Source: Candidatus Altimarinota bacterium | Lineage (GTDB): Bacteria; Patescibacteriota; Gracilibacteria; UBA4473 | Direction: 5' to 3' | Length of the DNA: 32,641 bases | Assembly (NCBI GenBank): GCA_020630245.1 | Contig: JAHDBZ010000002.1 | Location: 42,442 to 75,082 of the forward strand | Shown: piece after piece, positions 8,752-17,703 of the stretch | How the letters are laid out: the number at the start of each line of letters is the position of its first letter | How positions within the stretch are numbered: the stretch's first letter is position 1 | Made by a program: the position numbers and the translations under genes | The notes under the pieces: generated by a model | What the model saw: the letters and a program-made list of their open reading frames with translations, nothing else | Database searches by the model: none | What the model was told of the DNA's origin: nothing

Positions 8752-11700
8752 AGATAAAAATTTTTCGGATTCAGTTTTTGTTGATGGCTTTGTTTATGCT
8801 CAGTTCACTGGGAATAGCACAGGCGGCCAATGAGCGTGTTGATTGTCTCGATAGTGGCAATTGTAGTGATTTGGTCTATACGCAACACCAAGGAAAGATC
8901 ACCGCTCGTTGTCACAGTTCTGCGACGGCTTCTAGCTTGCCGGTAAAGATTACCCTCAATGGTGATGTTTACACGGGAACTTTAGATTGTAGTAACAATG
9001 GTGGAAACGGTGGAGGCGGATCTAGTACGACCGGTCCGTGGACCATCGGACCCTGGGGGACTTGTACACAGGAGTGTGGCGGTGGCCAACAGTTTCGCGA
9101 CGTAACATGTGGCTACGATAGTTGTGATGGAGTGAGGCCGGCAGAATCTCAAGCCTGTAATACGCACGCCTGTGAAAACTGTAATGCCGATAGTTGGTTT
9201 GGAGATGATCCAGCCAATATCTGTGTGGGACAACAAGGAGTGCAAACCAATGAATGTGGTGATGAACGTAATGTTGATGGAACCTGGAATCCACAAGACT
9301 GGTCTCCACACCCCAGCGTGGTCTGCTCGTTTGATACTTTTTATCAGGGGACAAGTTGTGGTCAGGATCGCGAATCCAGCGGTTCTCGAGACTGTCAACC
9401 AACCTGGCAATGGCTGCGACCAGCCGATCCAGAACCATTAGTCAGTGCTAATGTTGAAAGTGATTTTAACAACCTACGTCTTACCGGAGATCTTTACTAC
9501 GCAGTCGCTGGTAAAGGTTTCTTCGATGTTAATGATGTACGAGCGGCTCGAGTAGTTCTCATCTCGGCCGGCAATGAATATGAATATGCGGTTAATCTTA
9601 GAGATATTACGTTCACAGATCGTGGTTATGATTTCCTGGTAGATCTTTCGGTTCTCCAAACGCAAACCCCCGCCGGAGCGGCTGGGCCGATTAATTTTTC
9701 TGATGGTGATTGGAGTGTTGATGTTATGTTTGAGCACAAGCATGATGGCATGGCTAACTATGCCTGGGTAAGGAATAGTGATAGTGGACAATTTGTTCTC
9801 GATAGCACCGCGCCAAGCGGTACGACGATACATCGACAAACAGCTGACAGTGATGCTCAAGAATATCCAGATACATTACTGACTAATGAGCCGGGTTTTC
9901 TTTGGGTCAACTGTGTCGACAGTGGGGCCGCTGGATGTCTTGGAGATGTGGCAGATCTAGATGCTGATTCTACGGTAGATAATTATCAGCCATTTGCTGT
10001 GAAAGGGAACTTCTGTCCAGATGGAGCGGTTTGTGATACATCAGGAACTCGTAGTTTTGAGATTTGCGATCGAGCCGATAATTGTAGTCTCGTAGATGCG
10101 GTACTCGACAACTATGATCCCATAGCGCCAAGTCCATTAGATTTTGTGATGGGACTGCAACCGGGAGGAGCTGGTTTTCTCGGAACGGTTCTCAAGGCCA
10201 GTGCTGACTATTTCCCAAATCTAGACTTTGTAGATCCTGGTGAAGTGATTGAAAGAGGAACGCCTAGTATCGTCGGATCTCGAGCCTACATCACTCCAGA
10301 TGACTACGATCAGATTTTTGATGAACATGCTTGTGGAGATCCAAGTGTGTCACCATTTGCGCACAATGAGGCGGATGGTCAGTGTGAACTCCAAAATAAA
10401 AATTACCCAGCTAGCTGTGAAACGCTGGCTAGTTGTCCAGATCCATGTCCGGCAGGATATTTTTGGGATGAAGGCCTCAACCGTTGTGAACAGGCGCCTA
10501 CTTGTACTGACACAACTTGGACACCGCTTGAAACAAGTGTCTGTAGTGGCACTGATTTCACACAGGTTAGTAACTGTGGGAATCGACGTTCTCGTACCGG
10601 ATCTAAAGACTGTTCGGCTACTAGTAACTGGCGGATTACTCAACCACCACTCTGTCCGATTGGTTGTGGCCAGTCTGCACAAACGTTAGAAGGAGCGGTG
10701 ACTTGTCCGGGTACCGATTGTGATCCGGCCGAGGAGCCAGCGGTTCCGACTCGAAGCTGTGCCGCCACAGAGGTCTGCCCACCTAGCTTCTCGGGAACCT
10801 GGGAAATTACTCAGCCAGAGGCTTGTTCCACCGCTTGTGGTCTTGGAGAGATTACTCTGTTGGGGAGTGTTCGATGTTCGACTGGCAATCCTTCTGATTG
10901 TGATCCCGCGCTCGAACCAACGGTGCCTACGCGACTCTGTAATGCGACTGCGACTTGTCCGCCGACGTTTACGGGAACCTGGAGTACAAATCCTGCACCG
11001 CAGTGTCCGACAAATTGTGGTGAGCCGGCTTCAACCAAAACCGGGAGTGTGAGTTGTTCTGATAATAATTGTGATCCGGCACAACGTCCGACAACTCCAA
11101 CTCAAACCTGTAGCGCGACGGCAACTTGTCCGCCGACATTTACAGGGACCTGGACAGCCAATCCTGCGCCAGCCTGCTCTACGGCCTGTGGCCAATCGGC
11201 TAGCACGCAGACCGGTACTGTAACTTGTTCTGACAACAACTGTGATCCATCTGCGAAACCGGCAGCTCGGACTCGAAGTTGTAGCGCGACGGCAACTTGT
11301 CCGCCGACATTTACAGGGACCTGGACAGCCAATCCTGCGCCAGCCTGCTCTACGGCCTGTGGCCAATCGGCTAGCACGCAGACCGGTACTGTAACTTGTT
11401 CTGACAACAACTGTGATCCGTCTGCGAAACCGGCAGCTCGGACTCGAAGTTGTAGTGCTACCGCATCTTGTCAGCCAGTTACAACTTGTAACCCTGTTGA
11501 TTATGACTTTGACGGTTGGTGTCGTCGAGATGCATCTAACCAAACTATTCCAATGTGTAACAACATCAACTTCATGGATTCTTTCTGTGGAGGTGATCCA
11601 AATTGTACGCTCCGAAATATGAATATGACTACTAATACTTGTGCCGTTTGTAGAGCTACCTTCGAAGTCTGTATTACGACGACTCCAAATTCAAACTCGA

Positions 11701-11981
11701 CCAATAATACGGCTTCTAATACTACGCCTACCTATGACGGAACCTGGAGTACAACGCCGGCACCACAATGCCCAACAGCTTACTGTGCTTTCTCAACCTC
11801 AGGTGCTGTCAATTGTTCTACAGAAGATTGTGATCCAGCCTTGCGTCCAGCCGTACCTCGTCGAGACTGTTTAAGTACCGCTGTGTGCCAGGAGGAACGC
11901 CAGTTTATTGAGAACTTAGAAAATAATTCTAATAACTCTGATCCATCAATTGATGATGGTAATAATTTTGATTTTCGATAA
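8748..11981 (+). CDS. Large secreted Cys-rich protein with thrombospondin type-1-like repeats (putative adhesin)
   Basis: Signal peptide MKIKIFRIQFLLMALFMLSSLGIAQA. A canonical TSR reads WTIGPWGTCTQECGGGQQFRDVTCGYDSCDGVRPAESQACNTHAC (9039-9173). Five consecutive 57-60 aa degenerate TSR-like units lie at 10629-11471, with one more at 11745-11888. The ATG at 8748 overlaps the upstream stop. Confidence 0.8.
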   Translation: MKIKIFRIQFLLMALFMLSSLGIAQAANERVDCLDSGNCSDLVYTQHQGKITARCHSSATASSLPVKITLNGDVYTGTLDCSNNGGNGGGGSSTTGPWTIGPWGTCTQECGGGQQFRDVTCGYDSCDGVRPAESQACNTHACENCNADSWFGDDPANICVGQQGVQTNECGDERNVDGTWNPQDWSPHPSVVCSFDTFYQGTSCGQDRESSGSRDCQPTWQWLRPADPEPLVSANVESDFNNLRLTGDLYYAVAGKGFFDVNDVRAARVVLISAGNEYEYAVNLRDITFTDRGYDFLVDLSVLQTQTPAGAAGPINFSDGDWSVDVMFEHKHDGMANYAWVRNSDSGQFVLDSTAPSGTTIHRQTADSDAQEYPDTLLTNEPGFLWVNCVDSGAAGCLGDVADLDADSTVDNYQPFAVKGNFCPDGAVCDTSGTRSFEICDRADNCSLVDAVLDNYDPIAPSPLDFVMGLQPGGAGFLGTVLKASADYFPNLDFVDPGEVIERGTPSIVGSRAYITPDDYDQIFDEHACGDPSVSPFAHNEADGQCELQNKNYPASCETLASCPDPCPAGYFWDEGLNRCEQAPTCTDTTWTPLETSVCSGTDFTQVSNCGNRRSRTGSKDCSATSNWRITQPPLCPIGCGQSAQTLEGAVTCPGTDCDPAEEPAVPTRSCAATEVCPPSFSGTWEITQPEACSTACGLGEITLLGSVRCSTGNPSDCDPALEPTVPTRLCNATATCPPTFTGTWSTNPAPQCPTNCGEPASTKTGSVSCSDNNCDPAQRPTTPTQTCSATATCPPTFTGTWTANPAPACSTACGQSASTQTGTVTCSDNNCDPSAKPAARTRSCSATATCPPTFTGTWTANPAPACSTACGQSASTQTGTVTCSDNNCDPSAKPAARTRSCSATASCQPVTTCNPVDYDFDGWCRRDASNQTIPMCNNINFMDSFCGGDPNCTLRNMNMTTNTCAVCRATFEVCITTTPNSNSTNNTASNTTPTYDGTWSTTPAPQCPTAYCAFSTSGAVNCSTEDCDPALRPAVPRRDCLSTAVCQEERQFIENLENNSNNSDPSIDDGNNFDFR
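11109..11450 (+). repeat. Near-perfect 171-bp x2 tandem duplication inside the TSR-repeat gene
   Basis: Copy 1 (11109-11279) and copy 2 (11280-11450) differ at a single position by eye (GATCCATCT versus GATCCGTCT). A diverged third copy precedes them at 10938-11108. Each unit is 57 codons, so the frame is preserved. Confidence 0.95.
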
Positions 11982-11988
11982 TTCATAA

Positions 11989-14304
11989 ATGTATAAAAAT
12001 CTAATTTCAGCTTTCGGTTTTCTTTTGATTCCAAGTCTTGTTTATGGAATAGGGGTTCCTACCTCAGGTATTGATTGGGAAGCCTCTATGATTTCTATTC
12101 AGAGTTTTGATGCCGCACACCCTACGCATGAAGCAAACTTTAGCTGTTTCGGTGGCGGTTTTTCGGATCTACCGATTTCTCGAAGTCTACAAGAAATGGC
12201 CTTTTCAAATACCAGTCCTGGACCGGAGAATGATTCAGGGCTGATTACAGGTTCTTCGTGTTTCCAACAAGCTGGAGAGTATCAACTACAGATCTCCTTA
12301 GTCGATAATGCGGGTAACATTGGTACCGCTGAGAGTTATTTACTCACGGTTCGACCCGCCGAGGCAGATTCTTTGCTCACCACTATTCGACCGATTGCTT
12401 ACGAAAAAGAAACAGACAATCCAGCTATTGGCACTCTAAATGGTAATACGACTGATTGTACGGCAGAAAGATTAGTAGCCAATGCCGAAGATGATTGTCA
12501 GCTACAGGTAAGTCTACGTGATGAATTTGGGAATGTTGTGGTAGTGAACCGACCACTCGGACGGATGGCAATCCCTGGAAGAGATATCAATAACCGAGAT
12601 CTCAATACCTTTGCGGATGCAGAGGGAGTATTTATCGATGGATTACGCCTCAACGACAGTCTAAACAATCCTTCCTTTCGAACTGATAATGATGGAAATT
12701 TTAATTTTACGGTGAGCGCTCTCGCACCTTCGATTGACATTATTACCTCGCCGATTGATGCGGCATTTAAATTGTCTCAGATTATTCCGCGTAATACACC
12801 GTTTGAATTTCCAATTCCAGCTATTGCTGATGATGGTTCTACTTCAGGGACTACAACGGTTACTAAATCTGCTGACCTACAGTTTGAGCCATGGGTGAAA
12901 TTATTTTTGAGTGACAACGCTCCAAGTGGAGGCAGTGCCTCGGCCCCTAATGAGCCACTTTACTTCTTGCTGGGAGATACCAAGGTGCTCTACGCTTTCG
13001 CAGGGACGATGCTGGACCACTTTTTGCCGAGCGGATTTGATGTTTTTGTGAAGGGGTTCAATCGCCCAGTAGGACTGTTTTTTGAAGACGAAGATCTGAC
13101 GTCTGGTTTTGGTGATATCGATGGAGACACCGTACCAGAAGGTTTAAGGATTTCATTGGCGGGGAATGCGACCTCGCGAAGTGAAGACTTCGAAACAATT
13201 CTGAAATCTGCTAGTGGTCTCTCCAGTGATGAAAATGTGGCCTTTGGCTCCAAAATTCGTCACAGTTATCGAGAGGGATCTTCTACCAAAACGGTGTTGT
13301 ACCCAGGTGGAAATCTAGGTTCTTCCATCGGTCCAGATCCAGCGTTCCCAGCGGTTACCCTTCCGGTAGATTCCATCCCAGGCGGAACTCCAGGAACAGC
13401 TACCGCTCTCTTAGTAGGAGCTGATATCGAAGGAAAAGTATTAGCCAATCAAGACGTCCGAGCTGTAAACGATGCTAATGCCAAATTTGTAACGGTCGGA
13501 GGTATAACAGCCGTTGATATTCGTGAAGATGTCACGAGAAATGCCGAAGTAATTACCCGTGGTTCAAATTCAGTTAACTCTCCGGGAAGTAATATCAACT
13601 TCAATATTAATTCTGGCTGGACAGGAGATGTTGCATACTTCGAGGATGCCACGGTTACCCTGACTGGAGCCTCCAGCCCAATGGTGTTTGACCAAGGACA
13701 AAAAACGATCGTAATCCGTGATGGAAATCTCTTTATTCCAGATGATCTTATCTACGGACCAGGATTTGATGATTCACTTGGGGTGATTTTGATTAACTCT
13801 ACGGTGAATAACCTCGATCTCGGGCATATATTTGTGAAAAATGACGTACAGCGCTTGGTCGGAACTTATTACGCGGAAGGTTCTATCCTCAGTACGGATG
13901 CGATTACCGATCCGCAGCATACTGACACGATTGCGAATCGAGAACTTACTAATATGGATGATCCCAATGCACCGCTGGGTCTACAGCTCTTACTTGAGGG
14001 AACGATCCTGACTCGGAACACCTTGGGAGGAGCGCTGCTTGATCCGCCATTCACACCGGAAGGGCCAACGACCGAGCAAGACGAGGCCATCAAATACGAT
14101 CTGCACTTCGTACGGCGTTACGTACCGCCACTGGATCCTGTGACGCTTGATCCGTTACCAGACAGTGCCAATAACAACTGTGTAAAACCAGATGGTGCTA
14201 CGTGTGATGTCAACAAGCATTCATTCGTCATCAGAGCTGATGGTCGGGTGCGAAATCTGACACCACCAGGGTTTGATCAGTTGAGTGGGTTCTCGGCGCA
14301 GTAG
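11989..14304 (+). CDS. Large hypothetical secreted protein (Ig-like plus probable beta-helix regions)
   Basis: Signal peptide MYKNLISAFGFLLIPSLVYG. A Big_1-like segment reads DCQLQVSLRDEFGNVVVVNRPLG. The C-terminal half has short beta-strand periodicity (TVTLTGASSPMVFDQGQKTIVIRDGNLFIPDD...VILINSTVNN). It starts 7 nt after the TSR gene. Confidence 0.75.
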   Translation: MYKNLISAFGFLLIPSLVYGIGVPTSGIDWEASMISIQSFDAAHPTHEANFSCFGGGFSDLPISRSLQEMAFSNTSPGPENDSGLITGSSCFQQAGEYQLQISLVDNAGNIGTAESYLLTVRPAEADSLLTTIRPIAYEKETDNPAIGTLNGNTTDCTAERLVANAEDDCQLQVSLRDEFGNVVVVNRPLGRMAIPGRDINNRDLNTFADAEGVFIDGLRLNDSLNNPSFRTDNDGNFNFTVSALAPSIDIITSPIDAAFKLSQIIPRNTPFEFPIPAIADDGSTSGTTTVTKSADLQFEPWVKLFLSDNAPSGGSASAPNEPLYFLLGDTKVLYAFAGTMLDHFLPSGFDVFVKGFNRPVGLFFEDEDLTSGFGDIDGDTVPEGLRISLAGNATSRSEDFETILKSASGLSSDENVAFGSKIRHSYREGSSTKTVLYPGGNLGSSIGPDPAFPAVTLPVDSIPGGTPGTATALLVGADIEGKVLANQDVRAVNDANAKFVTVGGITAVDIREDVTRNAEVITRGSNSVNSPGSNINFNINSGWTGDVAYFEDATVTLTGASSPMVFDQGQKTIVIRDGNLFIPDDLIYGPGFDDSLGVILINSTVNNLDLGHIFVKNDVQRLVGTYYAEGSILSTDAITDPQHTDTIANRELTNMDDPNAPLGLQLLLEGTILTRNTLGGALLDPPFTPEGPTTEQDEAIKYDLHFVRRYVPPLDPVTLDPLPDSANNNCVKPDGATCDVNKHSFVIRADGRVRNLTPPGFDQLSGFSAQ

Positions 14305-14353
14305 AAAAATGTGCTAGTTTGCTAATTTGTGAGTTTGCTAATAGAGTATCGGC

Positions 14354-15358
14354 ATGACGTGGTTGCCTTGGCTATTGTGCGGGTTAATACTTGGTTCAGG
14401 GCTGACCTGGATGGCCGTGAAATGGTTTCCAAGATTTAAGCTGTTGGATTTTCCAGAACGCTATGGACTCCAGCGGGATCGTCTACCGTATCCAGGAGGG
14501 TTGGTTTTATTTGTGCTTAGTTTCGCACTGCTGTGCTTAGATTTAGGGTTTTGGATTTTGTGTTTGCCTTTGCTGGTTTTAGGAGTCCTCAGCTTTATCG
14601 ATGATCGCCATCAAGTATCTGCCCTCAAAAGACTTGTAGTGCAATTGTGGTTAGCTTTGTTTCTCGTACTGATGGGCGTGCAGATTGATTTCATTACCAA
14701 TCCTTTTGCAGCGACGAATTTTCCACTGGCGGATTTTTCTCCTTGGCTAGCGGGAGTCGTTACGGTGATTTGGATCGTGGCCATTCAAAACGCCATTAAT
14801 TGGTTTGATGGTTTGCCGGGGTTATCCGTTGGGGTGTCTGCTGTCGGTTTTTTGACACTTGGAATTCTGGGGCTCGTACAGCCAGAGTTATTTTTTGATC
14901 CAGCGCATCAGTCTCTGACCTTAGCTAATTTTTACCTGGCCGGACTCTGTGTTGGGGCGTGGTGGTGGTATTGGCGTGGGCGTATTATTTTGGGAGATAC
15001 AGGCTCGCAAGTTCTAGGTTTCTTACTAGCCGTCATGGCTATCTGGTCTGGCGCTAAAATTGCTACTACATTGATGGTACTCTGCCTGCCAATGCTTGAT
15101 TTTGTATGGGTGATCTTTCGACGGGTCGTATTTGATCGTAAATCGCCATTTTCGGGTGATATGTCACACATGCACCACCTGCTCGCGAAAAAGGCTCGTG
15201 GGCGCATTATTTCGCTAATTTTGACGATCTCTTCTCTCCTGATAGGGATGATTGCTATCTTTGTGACTCCGATGATGAAGCTCTGGAGTTTGTTGATCCT
15301 GGGTGGAGCGATTGTGGGGCTAAACTGGTGGTTGTTGACCGATAGTAGAGAGCGGTGA
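14354..15358 (+). CDS. Glycosyltransferase family 4, WecA/TagO-type polyprenyl-phosphate sugar-1-phosphate transferase
   Basis: Multi-TM protein with AIQNAINWFDGLPGLS, ILGDTGSQVLGFLLA and the WecA-type C-terminal motif SPFSGDMSHMHHLL (MraY would read HHHFE). Confidence 0.85.
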   Translation: MTWLPWLLCGLILGSGLTWMAVKWFPRFKLLDFPERYGLQRDRLPYPGGLVLFVLSFALLCLDLGFWILCLPLLVLGVLSFIDDRHQVSALKRLVVQLWLALFLVLMGVQIDFITNPFAATNFPLADFSPWLAGVVTVIWIVAIQNAINWFDGLPGLSVGVSAVGFLTLGILGLVQPELFFDPAHQSLTLANFYLAGLCVGAWWWYWRGRIILGDTGSQVLGFLLAVMAIWSGAKIATTLMVLCLPMLDFVWVIFRRVVFDRKSPFSGDMSHMHHLLAKKARGRIISLILTISSLLIGMIAIFVTPMMKLWSLLILGGAIVGLNWWLLTDSRER

Positions 15359-15435
15359 GCAGAGAGCACAAGATAAACAATACACATGGCAAACCCATGC
15401 CACATACCACTTACCACCTACTACTTACTTATTAG
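15354..15435. repeat. 7-nt periodic tract filling the convergent intergenic gap
   Basis: In one 7-nt phase it reads GGTGAGC AGAGAGC ACAAGAT AAACAAT ACACATG GCAAACC CATGCCA CACATAC CACTTAC CACCTAC TACTTAC TTATTAG. The right half reads GTAAGTA GTAGGTG GTAAGTG GTATGTG on the minus strand. Confidence 0.7.
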
Positions 15436-15437
15436 CT

Positions 15438-16331
15438 TTACGTAATCGACGCATCGTAGATTGCCTGAATCGAGGCATCCATCATAGTCGAGAAGTCTTC
15501 ATCTGACTGGTTGACGTTCAGGCCTTCGCTTAGAGCGCGAGAAAAGCTGGCGATCATGCCGTGATTTTCACTGAGACGTCGATTGGCTTCATCTCGAGAG
15601 TATCCTCCTGACAACGCTACGACTTTGAGACAACGTGGGTGATTGATGCAGTCAGCGTAGAGATTTGTTTCCTCCGGAAGGGTGAGTTTGAGCATGACTT
15701 CTTGCCCTGGCTTGAGTCCATCGAGTTGCATCATGAGCTGATCCTTCAGAATTGCTTCGGCCTCGGCTTTGTCCGGAGCGTGGATATCGATTTCTGGTTC
15801 GATAATTGGAACGAGACCATGACTCAAAATTTGTCGGCCGACGGCGAATTGCTGGGCTACAACCATTTCGATACCGTCTTGGTTTGCGCCTTTGATAACC
15901 GAGCGCATTTTCGTTCCAAATACGTCTTTGCTCTTCGCTTTATCGAGAAGCTCATCTAGCCCTGGAATGTCTTTCATCATTTGGGCTTGATTGGCTTCTT
16001 CTGCCAGTCCTTTGTCGACTTTTAGGAAAGGAACCACGTTTTTTTCTTCCCAGAGATATTGAGAAGTTGGTTTGCCCATCACTTCGCGATCAAGCGTGTT
16101 TTCAAAAAGAATCGCCCCGAGGATGCGGTCTCCACCAAAACTACTATCGGTCATGATGCGAGTTCGCATGGCATGAACGGTGGCAAACATTTCTTCATCG
16201 TTACTGTAAGCGTCTTCCATAACGCCGTAGACTTTAAGAGCTTTTGGTGTACTCCCGCCACTCTGATCGAGGGCAGCGATGAAACCAGGAACGTTTTTTA
16301 CTTTTTGTAGTTGATCGTCGAACACAGACAT
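15438..16331 (-). CDS. fda: Fructose-bisphosphate aldolase class I (staphylococcal Fda type)
   Basis: Recognisable along its length as the roughly 296-aa Gram-positive class I aldolase: GFIAALDQSGGSTPKALK.YGV, ILGAILFE.T.DREV, VVPFLKVDKGLAEE, FGTKMRS, GLVPIIEPE, V.LSGGYSR..AN, IASFSRAL, IYDAS. Confidence 0.92.
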   Translation of the reverse strand: MSVFDDQLQKVKNVPGFIAALDQSGGSTPKALKVYGVMEDAYSNDEEMFATVHAMRTRIMTDSSFGGDRILGAILFENTLDREVMGKPTSQYLWEEKNVVPFLKVDKGLAEEANQAQMMKDIPGLDELLDKAKSKDVFGTKMRSVIKGANQDGIEMVVAQQFAVGRQILSHGLVPIIEPEIDIHAPDKAEAEAILKDQLMMQLDGLKPGQEVMLKLTLPEETNLYADCINHPRCLKVVALSGGYSRDEANRRLSENHGMIASFSRALSEGLNVNQSDEDFSTMMDASIQAIYDASIT

Positions 16332-16417
16332 TTTGTGAGGGTTAAGTTGTGTGAATTTTAATAGACCAAATGAATTTTAACAAGAAACTAGAATGCGAGA
16401 ACATTAGAATCTCGTGT

Positions 16418-17653
16418 CTAGCTTTCTAGCGATCTGACTAATGTCTGAAAATGATCCCCTTTTTCCTGAAAGTTCGCGTACTGATCGTAGCTTTTAGCCG
16501 CTGGGGAAAGCAGGATGGTCGAGTGCTTGTCGTCAAAAGACGAATTGTGTACCAGGTCCATGACAGCTTCGAGATTCTTTACCTCCACGATGTGGAGCGA
16601 GGTTTCGATCTGTTTGAGTTCGTCGGCTAGTTCTGAGCTGGTCACGAAGACGAAGATATGCGGGACATTCTCTTCGAGAAATCTCACTAGAGCCGTCGGA
16701 TCATCACCGCTACTCTTTCCGCCGAGGATGAGACCGCCGATTTCTTTCTGTAGATGTGTCACCGCCGCGATAGTGGCTGACGGGTTTACGGCGATGGCGT
16801 CGTCGTAAAATTTCAAACCCTGGGCTTCGCCCACCAGTTGCAGACGATGATCGGGAAGCGGGGTCGTGCGGAGGGCTTCGGCGAGGACTTTGGTATCGTA
16901 TTTGATTTTTAATTTTTTGAGCACTACTGGGATCACACCGAGGTTCTCACGGAAATGCGTGGCGTCGAGGATTGATTCGAGCTTGTAAGTCCGTGGTCCG
17001 AGCTTGGGCGCGGCGGTAAGATTTTTGGGTGGTTTTTGAAAACGGCCAGCCGTGACTTTTGGCGCCACTAGGTGATCCCCAGGTTGCTGGTGCCACCAGA
17101 GATTAGCTTTGGCCCAGAAATACGCGTACTCGTCGCCGTGGCGATCGATGTGGTCGGGAAAGAAATTGAGGAACACCGCGGTGTGCGGTGACCGCCGGAT
17201 GAACTGTGCTTGGAAACTCGAAACCTCTACCACTAGGTAGTCGAGTTGGCCGTGCTGGAGCTTTGGCAGGGCTTCAAGCAACGGAATACCGATGTTGCCA
17301 GCGGTTTCGGCCCGTAGACCGAGCTGCTGCAGGCAGTGGGCCATGGCCATGGTAGTTGTGGTTTTGCCTTTCGACCCGGTGATAGCGATGACCTTACGAC
17401 GTTCGTCGTCAGTGAGGTTGCTAAAAAAATAATTGGCCTGACTGGTCAGTTTGTGTCGTTCGGAGACCGGGATCTGTTCCGGCGGGATTCCTGGGCTGAG
17501 CCAGATCTGATCATAGCTGTCCCAATCCCAGTCGATGAGGTGCGTCCGGGCATCATAAATCGTGATCTGCTCCGCCAGATGATGCTGTTGGAGGAAATCA
17601 TGGGTGGACTGCCCTTCGCGCCCGTAACCGTAGATCAGGATGTGGTTGGACAT
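16418..17653 (-). CDS. murD: UDP-N-acetylmuramoyl-L-alanine--glutamate ligase (MurD family; possibly MurD2-type)
   Basis: N-terminal Rossmann-like IYGYGREGQS, Mur-ligase P-loop ITGSKGKTTTTMAMAHCL, VVEVSSFQ, FLNFFPDHIDRHG, and C-terminal LLSPAAKSYDQYANFQEKGDHF. At 411 aa it is slightly short for MurD. Confidence 0.85.
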   Translation of the reverse strand: MSNHILIYGYGREGQSTHDFLQQHHLAEQITIYDARTHLIDWDWDSYDQIWLSPGIPPEQIPVSERHKLTSQANYFFSNLTDDERRKVIAITGSKGKTTTTMAMAHCLQQLGLRAETAGNIGIPLLEALPKLQHGQLDYLVVEVSSFQAQFIRRSPHTAVFLNFFPDHIDRHGDEYAYFWAKANLWWHQQPGDHLVAPKVTAGRFQKPPKNLTAAPKLGPRTYKLESILDATHFRENLGVIPVVLKKLKIKYDTKVLAEALRTTPLPDHRLQLVGEAQGLKFYDDAIAVNPSATIAAVTHLQKEIGGLILGGKSSGDDPTALVRFLEENVPHIFVFVTSSELADELKQIETSLHIVEVKNLEAVMDLVHNSSFDDKHSTILLSPAAKSYDQYANFQEKGDHFQTLVRSLES

Positions 17654-17703
17654 CGGGTGGGAGTATTAGGGATTTGGGGCTTGGTGGCAAGGTTGACAGG
17701 AGG

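Noticed and set aside
10249-11704. Many ORFs of 70-170 aa on both strands overlapping the TSR-repeat region (for example 11031-11543 minus, 11102-11410 minus, 10720-11052 plus).
   Set aside because: They lie inside or antisense to a 1077-aa ORF with clear domain structure. They are long only because the repeated GC-rich DNA lacks stop codons in other frames, and their translations are low-complexity Arg/Thr/Cys strings.
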